A stretch of 62,955 nucleotides of DNA, counting the filler, from Octopus bimaculoides (taxonomy: Eukaryota), in the NCBI RefSeq assembly GCF_001194135.2. It is 4 parts of 4 records of this genome, joined end to end, with 100 filler letters (N's around TTAATTAATTAA, not from the genome) between each part and the next. Parts side by side here need not be neighbours in the genome. Positions count along the whole stretch, not along the records: positions 20,515 to 49,073 come from NC_068993.1; 3 more parts are not named here. One strand, written 5' to 3'. Below, piece by piece: positions 33,451-44,539 of this stretch (position 1 is the first letter of the stretch; every line of letters begins with the position of its first letter). The notes below the pieces were generated by a model. It made no database searches and was not told the origin of the DNA. It saw only the letters and a list, made by a program, of their open reading frames with translations. The position numbers and the translations under genes were made by a program.

Positions 33451-36400
33451 TTTACGGTCTAAGGGGAAATTCATAAAAGAAAATTCTAATTCTCCCCTTT
33501 TGCTTCTTTCTGTTTTCTTTTACGTTTATCTGTTTTTCAACTTTCCACCTTTTATATCTACTTCTTTCTTGCTTATTTTCTAACCCTATCATCCCATTTT
33601 TAGTTTGTTATGCTATGTGGGCAGTGCCTGAAGATTGTGTTAGAACACCAGATGTGTTAAAAAATACTGTCTGGCATGCTCTCATAGTAGCACATAAAAA
33701 CATGAAAGCAATTAACATTGTATAAGACAAGCCTCCATCATCAGAGTAGAAAAGATCGTACATTTCAGGTCTTAATGCAGAAAAGTTCAAAGATAGAATG
33801 ATTAAATGTGGAGAACTAGCCTTATTAGAGGGAGGAAGTGCTTCTATTATGGCCACATATTGTGATGAACTACATTTACCGTTATGATGGATCTCCAAGC
33901 CCCCAGAAACAATTGTTGGACTTATAACACCATTCTTCCGCCCCTTTAACTTTTTCTGTTGTTTTTATTCTATGTAAGTCAGATCTATTGATATAAATAC
34001 ATATCTATACTTAAATAATTCATCATCTGAAAATCTCCACTTTTTTCTTTCTCTTGTTTTGCCTGTATATATATATATATACATATTTCGTATTTCATAC
34101 CGAATCTAATTTGTTTATCCACATAATTGCCTCTATATCTTCTCAACCTGATCTCTCTTACAGCCATTCTTTTACCCCTTGGAATTGATATCCTGTAAAA
34201 GACATCCCTTTCTAAGCTTGAATCATTTGAGCACTACTAAGAGTCTTCTATACTGTGAATCATTGGATCTCATCTGTGGACTATATATATATTTTGTTAA
34301 CTTCCTTGTTCCTGTTGTTCTTGTCATTACTATTGTCCACGTTGTTTTTGTCAGTGTCATATGTTTTCTTCTTTCTAGGGAATTCTCTTGGGAATTTTAT
34401 GGCCAGCTTCACTAGTAAACTTTCAGGAGGTTTATTTATTTATTTTTGTTCTTTTCTTGCTTAAGGTTGGTTTACTTAAAACATTTTGAAGATGGATTTT
34501 AAGCACTATTCTATAAACCTGAGTACACTGTTGAAAAATAGAGGGGGGGGGGGGCCTTGACAGCCATCACCCCAATTTTCTTCAACGTCCTCCTAGATCT
34601 TTCCACTGCCTCCAGTGGCATGCTACCACCCACTTTGGGAACCACAGGGTTAGACGATTGCAAGGTTTCCGAACTAATGGGCAGGATGCTATCCATTAGT
34701 TTGTAAGGCATGGAATTGCCTAACCTATCCGTATCTGATATCCTGGATGCTGCTTCCCAGCAACTAATCCAAAATGTTTCTACAAGTCTATTTTTTTATA
34801 GTCTTGTATTTGTGAGTAACTGGTGGCCTGGTTAAGATTTTTAACATCCTCGTTGTTGTCTTCTTATCCAGTGCTGCTGTTACATACAAATATTTTGTCA
34901 GGTTCAAGGTTGATGTTCCTGATGCAGACCATTCCTTGGCTCACTTTAGCCAGAATTGTAGGAGTTTCAGTGCGATGGCATTCTCACTTGCCATGATTGC
35001 ATGTTCATGTGTTTTCTTATGTTTCATTTATAGTTTTAGTTAAGCTACATGTAAAAATAACCACAAACGGGAATGTGTTGAAGTGCTGTTTATTGTGTGT
35101 TACTCATTTACATGAGAGAGAGCAAAATTTATCATTCAAGCCTGGATCTCGTTTTGCCACTTTACCAGAAGTCTCTTTCCTGCCAACCAGTTCAATAACT
35201 AGTCTGCAGTAAAGGCCCTTATCAAAAGTTTGTCTCTTTGAGTTCACAGGCAATGCCCTAAAAATTGGTTATGTGATATATAGAACAATTTTGTCTTTTG
35301 TGAGAAATAAAAATATATAAAAGTCTATTTGATGGGAATTACATCAATTCTGTTTCTTTTCTGGAATTATTTTCGGAGTGATTATTTTTTTGCTGCAAGG
35401 CTGGAAGTGGTTTGTCATTTCCAGTGTCAAATTATGCTGTTACCATCTTAGAAGAGATCAGGCACTTGGTAAAAAGCAATGTGGAATCAAGCATAACAAA
35501 TTATAAAAAAAAGTCTTGAAGTGAAGAGTAACTGAAGAACAATTTTGTTTTCTGTAGGAAGAAAAAATGGTAGTTAAAATTCTGCTTGATGGAAATTATG
35601 TTAATTACAAATTCTTTTTTGCAATTGTTTTGATTGGGTGATTATTTTTTGTTGGGGGAGTTATTTCCTGAGTCAAATCTGGTCATCAACATCTTAAAGA
35701 AGATCACGGAGTCAATTAAAAGTATGATAAAAATTAAGGTAAGTCTCAAAAGCAAGAAAAATAATTCACCCCATCAAAAATTCATAAATATGAAGATAGT
35801 TTTCCAATTCATTTATTTTTGTTTGAAAAAGGTTTGAAAAAGAAAGTTACATGTATCATTTTGTGTTGGTGTTGAGAAACGAAAAACATAAATACTTGAT
35901 TCTTCTGACAGAAACTGAAAGTTATTTACAATTAACACTTGTAAACCAGGTAGATTGATAGATAAAGAGCCTTGTACTGATAGAAATTGAAAGTAATTTG
36001 TCATTAGAACCCATAAGAGAGATCGATACTAACATCTTAATATCTCAAGCAGAAATTTAGAGATATATATACCATTAATACTATAAGATAGTTGGGCAGA
36101 TGTAGCTAGATAGAAAGAAAGAGAGGGGGTATTACTACTAATATTAAGAGATAAGCAATTGTCTGAGAAATTTGGGGGAGGGGGGAGGGACTACAAGAAA
36201 TTTTTAATGCAGTGATGCAATTACGTATACTTGAAGTTGCAACAAAGTCAGATTGGCTAAAAAAAAAATAACAAAGCTTTTTAGTTAGTTAAAGGGCAGC
36301 AGTCAGGGCAACAGGCTCAACCACAGTAAGGTTAACTGAAGATCACATTGACATCTCTTCATAATATAATAGGACATATAGGAATATATCCATGAGAGAT

Positions 36401-36649
36401 GGAAGGACAAATAAACATTCACTATATTTCAAAATTGAATGATTTGGTGCAACTCGCATCTTTCAAAATATCCTTGATGGGAATCAAAGCTATTACAGAT
36501 CTTTGTTTGACTCACACTTTTCAATTTCTTTAATTTTGTGCCAATTGTTTTCAAATTTGATGTGTTGGTGTAATCCTATATGCTAATTGTGGAAATGAAA
36601 TCATTTTTGTCATAAATTAATAAAGAAAAAGTTAATTTTAAAGTTGATC

Positions 36650-37040
36650 AGTTCATTGATAATGTAAGTTTGAAATGCATTCAAGTAATTTCTAGAACAA
36701 ATTACAATTTTCTTCTCTCCTGTACAACGTAAACTCACAGAGATATGAGCCAGCCATACAATGGTAAGTGCCACAGCATCATTTATTACCTCACTTTACC
36801 GCCACCCATGTACTCTCCACTTGTACGTGGGTAGCATCTTTTAAGTTAATAAACCCAACGCTGTGGTTCACTGTTCTATGTTCAAAATTATAACCAGCAA
36901 TTTCTGGAATGTGAAAGTATGCCCTCCACAAATCACTGAAAAGAGATGGGTAAAATTTCCTGCATAGAATATATTCGTCAACACATATGCTTTCTCACAG
37001 AAAAAAGAGTTCTCATGTTTGGCTTGTCACTATGGAAACA
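36650..37040 (-). mobile_element. Merlin (ISXO2/IS1595-like) transposase remnant
   Basis: SDLWRAYFHIPEIAGYNFEHRTVNHSVGFI...HVQVESTWVAVK, followed by SYLCEF..YRR. Confidence 0.75.
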
Positions 37041-38128
37041 GGCATGAATGCGTCTGTAGTTTACGATTTGCTAAAATTACACAAAACTCAAAAACTTTAA
37101 AAGCTATTATTAATTCTCTATTTATTGATTTATGGTGAAAATGAATTTTATGTCAATGATTAGCATGCAAAACTACATCATTACACTAAATATGAAATCA
37201 ATTGGAACAGAAAAGATCCAAATTTATTTTAATCTAAGTAGAAAAATACAGAGAATACAAATCTGGAAAAAAATTTTTTTTAATCTCAACTTTCCTTAGA
37301 AAACATCCTGTTCTTCCCTCTTCTGGCTTTCTAAAGGCACAAACACCAGCTGTTTTATACAGTGGATATGTTTGTGCATGTGTAGATTTCTCATCAAACA
37401 GCAGACGGAAAGATATAAAGCCATCACCAGAAAACTCGATGTGCTACAAATAACAGCTAAGTTTATTTCAGTTGTAGTTGAGCTATATAATCTAGCACAT
37501 GCATAAGGCAAATGAAGGCAAATGAAAATTTCTGAGGAGTTCAAAAAATTTTTTTTATGGCATGTATGGGAGAATGTGAGAGTACATAGGACCACAAGTG
37601 TGGGTACAGAAGTAACTATATATGGTTACTGACACACACAGTGGTTTACTTTATTGCATGATTTATTCTTCTTAATTACCCCCTGTCTTTGTCTATAAAG
37701 CTGCAACAAAATCCATCCCTCACCATTCCTGCCCAACAGCTTAAACATATGGTCACCAGCAACATGCTGTATTAAAACCAAATGAAACTGAGTTTATTTA
37801 ACAAGATATCCCTTATAACATCACCTCACGAGATGCATCTGCACCAAGGGATGCACCACAACCAGTTGTACAGTGTCCCACCATGAGTGAGTGATGCAAG
37901 ATAGGTCAAAATGATCAGCAATAAAATTTCTTGTCTATTCCATTTTTTGTCTCTATCATTTGTTGTATACTCAACATTCACTGAGGAATTCCTGAGGTAG
38001 ATTCAGCAACAATTGTGCAAATATCATGGATGACATCAGCCATAGATAAGCTTCATCAGCTTACTACTAGGAACATACCTAACACTTAAATATTTACTTA
38101 TATGTATATAACAAGCCAGTTTTTAAAT

Positions 38129-38575
38129 CTCTGAAAGAGATTCAAGTAGTAATGATACTAAACAGTAATGTTTGATGTCACTTCTGCGTGGCTGTTCCAT
38201 ACAGAACTTTGTTACTACATTTTAACCCCAGGAAAACATATTTTCCTGCTGGTTAATGACACACAACCTGTGTTTGATATATTGCAAGTAAGGGAGCAAA
38301 TGACTCCCCTCCAGTGTGGCAAGACCAGCAGACCAGCTGGTTTCTGGGTGTGTACCTGTCCTCAGTACTGGACATTTGCCTGCTAGAGATGGCAGTCATT
38401 CATCCCTACTCACAATATATAAACAAATAAGTGACAGTTAGCCACTGATCTTGCAGCAAGCTAAAGTAGCTCTGAAAGAGATTCAAGTAGTAATAATACT
38501 AAACAGTAATGTTTGTTGTCACTTCTGTGTGGATGTTCCATGCAGAGCTTTGTTACTTCATTTTAACCCCAGGAA
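38129..38575 (+). repeat. 106-bp direct repeat pair (38129-38234, 38470-38575)
   Basis: ctctgaaagagattcaagtagtaat...ttttaaccccaggaa occurs twice with few mismatches. Confidence 0.85.
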
Positions 38576-38601
38576 CACACACACATATATATATATGTAT
38601 A

Positions 38602-41600
38602 TATCATCATCATCATCGTCGTCGTCGTCGTCGTCATCGTTTAACATCCGTTTTCCATGTCAGCATGGGTTGGACGGTTTGACTGGGTTCTGGGAAGCCA
38701 GGAGGCTGCACCAAGTTCCAGTCTGATCTAGCAGTGTTTCTACAGCTGGAAGCCCTTCTTAACGCCAACTAATCTGTGAGTGTAGTGGGTGCTTTTTACG
38801 TGCCACCGGCACAGGGGCCAGAGGAGACTAGCAACAGCCACGATTGGTTGGTGCTTTTTATGTGCCACCAGCACAGAAGCCAGTCAAGGCAGCGCTGGCA
38901 TCAGCCACATTCGGATGGTGCCTTTTACATGCCACTGGCAAAGGTATCACAACCACAATTTCCATTTGATTTTCATTTTGGTGTTGACTCAATAGGTCTC
39001 CTCAAGCACAGCAGGTCGCCCTACGATCCAAGGTACTTTTGAATGGGCTGGGGCTGGTTATGTGAAACTGGTGTAGGATACAGTCATGAATTCACTTTAT
39101 TTGCCGAGTCTTCGCAGTCACAGCATATCTCCAGAGATCTCTGTCTTTCATCATTGCCTCTGTGAGGCCCAATGTTTGAAGGTCATGCTTGACCACCTCA
39201 TCCCATGTCTTCCTGAGTCTATCTCTACTCTGGATTCTTTCAGCTGTTTGGGAGTGGCACTTCTTCACACATCTCTCCTCATCCATCTGTAGTACATGAC
39301 CATACCAGCACAAACGTCTCTCTTGCACGCCACATCCTGTGCTTCTTATGTCCAACATTTCTCTCAGGGCGCTTACACTTTGTTGTGTGTGCACACTGAC
39401 ATTACACATCCAGTGGATCATGCTAGCTTCATTTCTTTCGAGCCTACACATGTCCTCCACAGTCACAGCCCATGTTTCACTGCCATGAAGCATGGCAGTT
39501 TGCACATATGCATCGTATAATCTACCTTTCACTTTGAGTAAAGGTAGAAGCTTTCTAAACTTTGCCCAGGCTATTCTTATTCTAATGGTAACACTCTCTG
39601 AGCATCCACCCCAACTACTAACTTGGTCACCTAGGTAGCGGAAGCTATCAAGTGCTTCTAGTTTCTGCCCCTGGAGTGTAATGGAATCTGTTTTCTGAGC
39701 ATCTGCAGTGTTTATTGCCCTTGTGCATCTGCTGCACACAAAAGCTATCTTCTCGGTTAATCTTCCTTTGATGTTGCAGCACCTCCTATGTGTCTATAGC
39801 TTACACTGGGTACATCTTATGGAGTTTCTACCCACACCTTTTCTACAGATCGAGCAGGGCCACCTACCTGACGAGGTGTATGATGATGTGTTCACCTTCC
39901 TACTTGCTAGAACTTTGGTCTTTGCTACATTGACTTTAAAGTCTTTTGATTCTAAACCTTGCTTCCACATCCAAAATTTCTTTTCTAGTTCTGGTAGTGA
40001 TTCTGCTATGAGGGACCAGGTCATCAGCATTGAGGAGCTCCCAGGGGGAACCTGTCTTGAATTCCTCTGTTATTGCCTGGAGGACTATGATGAATCGAAG
40101 GGGACTGAGGGCTGAACCTTGGTGGACCACTACTTCTACCCAGAATTCTTTACTATACTCATTGCCAATCCTAACCTTACTAATGGCCTCTCTGTATGGA
40201 GCCTGTACAGCCCTTATTAACCATTCGTCAATCCCCAGTTTCTGCATCACCCACCAGATAAGGGATTGGGGGACCCTGTCAAAGGCTTTCTCCAAGTCCA
40301 CAAAAGCTAAGTATAGGGGTTTATCTTTAGCTAGGTATTTCTCCTGCAGTTGTCAAACCAGGAATATGGCATCAATGGTGCTTCTACCCGGCACAAAACC
40401 GAACTGCATCTCATCTAAGCAGACTCTCGCCCTGATGAGATGGGCTATGACCCTCTCCGTGACCTTCATCACCTGATCCAGCAGTTTGATACCCCTGTAG
40501 TTATTTCTAGCTAGAGCATCACCTTTACCCTTGTAGCAGTTGACTATGGTGCTGCTACGCCAGTCATTGGGTATGACTCCATCATGAACTCCCTGGTTTA
40601 CAATGCAGGTGACTAGGCCATAGTCCACACCAACAGATGTTTTAAGCATCTCAGCAGCGATTCCTGATGGGCCGGGGGCTTTTCCTAGCTTCATACCCTT
40701 AATTGCTTTATCTACAAGGGAGCTGTCTATTCAGATAGCTGGTCCCTCTACTGGGTCAACATTTGGCAGGCTCTCCTCCTCCTATTCATTTTCCACGTTC
40801 AGCAGTCTTTCCTAATGGCTTCTCCAAGCCTCTTTCTTTTCCGAATCACTGAAAGCAAGTGTACCATCATCCATGTGGACACATTTCTCTCCTGTGAAAT
40901 CACAATTTTCTCTCACACACTGTCTTGCTATCAGAAATACCTCAGTTCTTTGGTCCTCATGTCGCTAGACATTGGCAAACTTCTTCTTCTTTTCTGCTTT
41001 GCCCTTGGCTATGTATACCTGCCACCCAACCTCCCTTTTGGCTACCTGATACAGTTCCCTGCTACCCCCACCCTTCCAGGCCTGTTTCTTTGCTCTAATG
41101 GCTTTGTCTACCATACTATTCCCCACCATGTAGCTCTATGTCTGCAGACTTGGTCAATGGCACTCAGCAAGCTGTCCCATACGAATTTCCAGCTACCTTC
41201 TATGTCTGTGGTCTGTAGCTCCTCCTCCCTCTCATCAAATCTTTTGCTGAGGATGTCCCTATATCTCTAACCATGTGAAGGGTTCTTTTTGCTTCCAAAT
41301 CCTTCTTTTTTGGATTGGTCTGCTTCTTGGTATTCTTCTGGCCTTGAGCCTAAAGTCACTAATGACTAGCCTATGCTGAGTGGGTATATTCTTCACCCAG
41401 GTGGGTCTTTGTATTTAAGAGCAACCTTGCATCCCGCTGTCTGGTGAGGATGAAATCAATCTGGCTAGCAGAGTCACCTGATTGATATAGGTTATCAGGT
41501 GGCTGTCTGGTTTCCTGAAATTAGTGTTGCAGATTAAAAGGTTACATACATGACAGATCTCCAGTAGCCTAGTTCCCTCGTTGTTTCAGGAACCAATACA

Positions 41601-43080
41601 ATGGCCCCCCCGTGTACACCAGTGAAGATACCAGATTGCTGTCCAACGTGCCCATTAAAATCTTCAGCTGCAACGATGAGGTCATTGCCACTCATCTCTG
41701 AAGTAGCCTGCAGAAGGGTATCATAAAAATGGTCTTTCTGATCATTTGGTAGGCCCACTTGTGGGGTATAGGCAGAGATAATTGTAGCTGTGCTGTTCTG
41801 CAGGACTAGCCTAAGCTTAAGCGCTCTATCACATACTCTAACAACTTCTATGATTTTATCTACCCATTTCTCTGCAAGGAATATGCCTACCCCCCCCCCC
41901 CCCCACTCCATCCGTGTTACCTTGCCAGAAGATTTTGTACCTATGTGCCTTGCCTGTGAGGACCCTAGCTGAAGCTCCTCTCCATCTTACCTCTTGTATG
42001 CAGTATACATCGACACGTCTCCTTTCAAGCATCTCTACAATCTCGCTAGATCTACCTTTCAGTGTGCCTACACTGACTGTGCCAACTCTGAAAACTGGAA
42101 AAGGAATGTTGGGTGAGGATGGGGAGGAGAGATGTTATTCAGTGCCTGAAAAGAAGAGGGAGGTTGTTGTGTTCGTTTTTTAGGCATGCTTCATCTGTTC
42201 TGACTTCCGACATGACATCATTCAAACATTCAAGTGTGTTAGGATTAAGATCATAGCCCCTACTAGAGGTAGGATTAGGTGTTTTAGGTGTCAGCAGAAT
42301 TGTGAGTATAAGAATCATGGTCGTCATAAGGGGGTGATTTCAGACAGAGAGGAAGCAAGTTCATCCATTGTGAGTACAAGCATTATGGTCATCGTATGAG
42401 GGGGAGGGACTTATTTCAGATAGAGAGAGGAAGCAACTTCATCCATACATACACACAAGCACATGCGCACAGACACAGGCGATCAAGCACACACATACAG
42501 CACATTAGTTGTCACCTTCAATTGATATGTGCATGGAAAATTACTGGGTAGTTGTTGGAATATTTCTAGACGGGATGAAACGAAACGAAGGATAGTCGGT
42601 TAAGTAGGTGGGCATCTAACCTAGTTGTGTTTTTCGGAGAGAGAGTGGGGGTGCAGGTAGTATAGAGAACAGCACCAGAGAAGAAGGGAGATTGGGAGAA
42701 GAGACATCTGGTAGTGGTGGTGAGAAATCGCTAGACAGAACAAAACGAAACGAAGAGCAACTGAATTAGTTGCATATGTCCCAGGAGAGAGAGAGAGAGA
42801 GAGAAAGAGGAAGAGTGCAGGTAATATATAGAGAACAGCCCAGTGAGGAGGATTAGTGGAGAGAAGAGACATCGGGTAATGGTGGTGGGAGGAGAGAGAG
42901 ATATCCGGTGTAGATGGTGAGAAGACAGAGATAAAGATCGGGGTAAAGATCGAGATATCCAGTATTGGTGGTGGGGGCGGGACAAGGTGGGTGCACCATG
43001 AACAAACGAGTTTAATTTGGGGAAAATGGTATGAGGATCTAATGAAAGGAGCAGGACCGTTTAGTATAGTATACATTCAG
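38602..43080 (-). mobile_element. Near full-length, frameshifted RTE-clade LINE
   Basis: APE endonuclease (VYCIQEVRWRG; ISAYTPQVG; DFNGHVG) and RT (GKAPGPSG; NYRGIKLL; QFGFVPGRST; DLEKAFDRVP; HQGSALSP; NADDLV); C-terminus RLCWYGHV; 3' UTR with (GAT)n tail. The 5' limit is approximate. Confidence 0.9.
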
Positions 43081-43439
43081 TTTTCATGGCAGATGAGAAA
43101 TTAAACTAGAGAAACGAGGAATATGAAATTAAACAGGCCAAGAGATGAGTAATTATCCTAATTTAATTAGTTAGCTTCTGAGAAAATTAGCTGTTAGTAA
43201 ACAGTACATTTAAATAGTAAGCAATACATTTAAAGTGTTAATGGTGAATGAGTGAATGAAGGATTGAAACGAGATTTAGCTTAGCTTAGCAATGCATAAT
43301 CATCATTTCGCAACTGGACAAGAATATGTGAGAGAATGGAATGGTAAGGAACACATGGGACAGGGATATATATATATATACATATATAGTAGCTGCTTTC
43401 TTGTATACGAGAGAAAGCCATTGCTAGAAAGAATCATTG

Positions 43440-43975
43440 AAATGACTCACTGATGATGCAACGTGAGGCCTTTATATGACTCTTGAGCCTGGCCAAAGAT
43501 TTGTACATTCTATTGCATAATGCACAGCTGTGCTAGATGGCATAAGGAACAGGTGTCACAGTATGAAGTCTTTTGACATGTCTTTTCAATCCTCTAACTG
43601 AAAGGCACACCTTTCCACAGGTTGCACATCTGTTGTAAGCAATAGCCATATCACAATTTACAAAAGGTTGATTCATGTGAGTTCTCTGATGGCTGACCAG
43701 GCTTGCATGACTCAAGCATTTCCTCCCACAAATCATACACGTAAAAAGCAACACTCCTTCATTTTTCCAGTTTCATTCTTTCTAAGCCTTCTCTTGATCT
43801 TCTTGTGCTTCATTCTCTCTCCTTCAAACTTCAAACAACCACTGTGCATTCTTTTCCTCCATCCACTTCAGTCTTGTGCCTCCCTCTCCCAATCAACAAA
43901 TGAAACACTTGTCTGTGTTAGTAGCATTCAAGTGTTATTGGTCACTCTTGAAAGCTACTGGTAACATGTAACCCC
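43440..43975 (-). mobile_element. RTE-like LINE 3' end carrying two C2H2 zinc fingers
   Basis: DWEREAQD*SGWRKRMHSGCLKFEGER..KKIKRRLRK, then CMICGRKCLSHASLVSHQRTH and CATCGKVCLSVRGLKRHVKRLH. Confidence 0.7.
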
Positions 43976-44539
43976 GTACAACCTGTAACAGGTATGTCTT
44001 TTTTATGGTAAACATATCTAAATAGTTTTTTTCTTAATTTTGCTGGCTAAGCATTTTGTTCCACTTGGCACTTCTGGTGTCTTCTGTCTGTGTAGAACAC
44101 AAATTCACAAAATTGTTTCGAAAATTCCAAAATATAAAATAGTTATGAGGAGTTATATGGGGTGCTTGAACTAGAATCCTGCTGAGAGCCACTCCAGCAG
44201 ATTGTGAAGAAGCTATAGAGAATATTTTATGTTAAGGTTTTTGATTTAATCAAGTTTTGTTAATTTCATATTTTGCCATTTTTCCATGATTCTCTTTCAT
44301 TTAACCTAGATATTTTAAATTTTGTTGAATTTCTGATCTTTCTGGTGTCTTTGAAAGATATTGATGTGTATGATTTTTTTTTTCAAATGTAATTGTGAAG
44401 AATTGAAGAGGCAAATTTACCTTATTTTATCTTACTCCTTTTGCCCCATCTAAATTTATCTTTTATTTGCTCAAAGAGAATGGAGATAATTTTCTGAAAT
44501 AGTATTCTGAATATGTTATAGTGTTTTTAATGCATTTAG

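Larger units (their letters stand above)
26920..35240 (-). mobile_element. Old Gypsy LTR retrotransposon(s) with nested insertions
   Basis: gag MASENAIALKLLQFW...TKYLYVTAALD...LGNSMPYKLMD (34994-34650; second gag-like piece about 33060-32720). Protease RFLIDTG (~32390); RT GIIHQSSSPWSSPLH; integrase FDHVNIDLVGPLPPS and TTAYHPQ.N.L..RFH. About 85-bp diverged direct repeats at ~26920-27005 and ~35150-35232 are probable LTR remnants. Confidence 0.75.

Noticed and set aside
33608-33898. FYSDDGG as a Penelope RT YxDD motif
   Set aside because: The surrounding residues do not fit Penelope RT; left unassigned.
35670-35738. Possible missing CFAP43 exon ending AAG|gtaagt
   Set aside because: No acceptor, no similarity, and it lies within the repeat family shared with 26500-26700.
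36516-36575. Minus-strand 60-nt exon candidate (..NNWHKIKEIEK|gtgagt)
   Set aside because: Its phase is incompatible with the LamG-like exon, and it is too short to judge.
42621-43076. 151-aa ORF as an RTE ORF1
   Set aside because: Low-complexity CT-rich sequence with an internal duplication and no recognisable domain.
43533-43754. Host C2H2 zinc-finger gene exon
   Set aside because: It is continuous with an RTE C-terminal peptide and lacks TGEKP linkers and splice sites.
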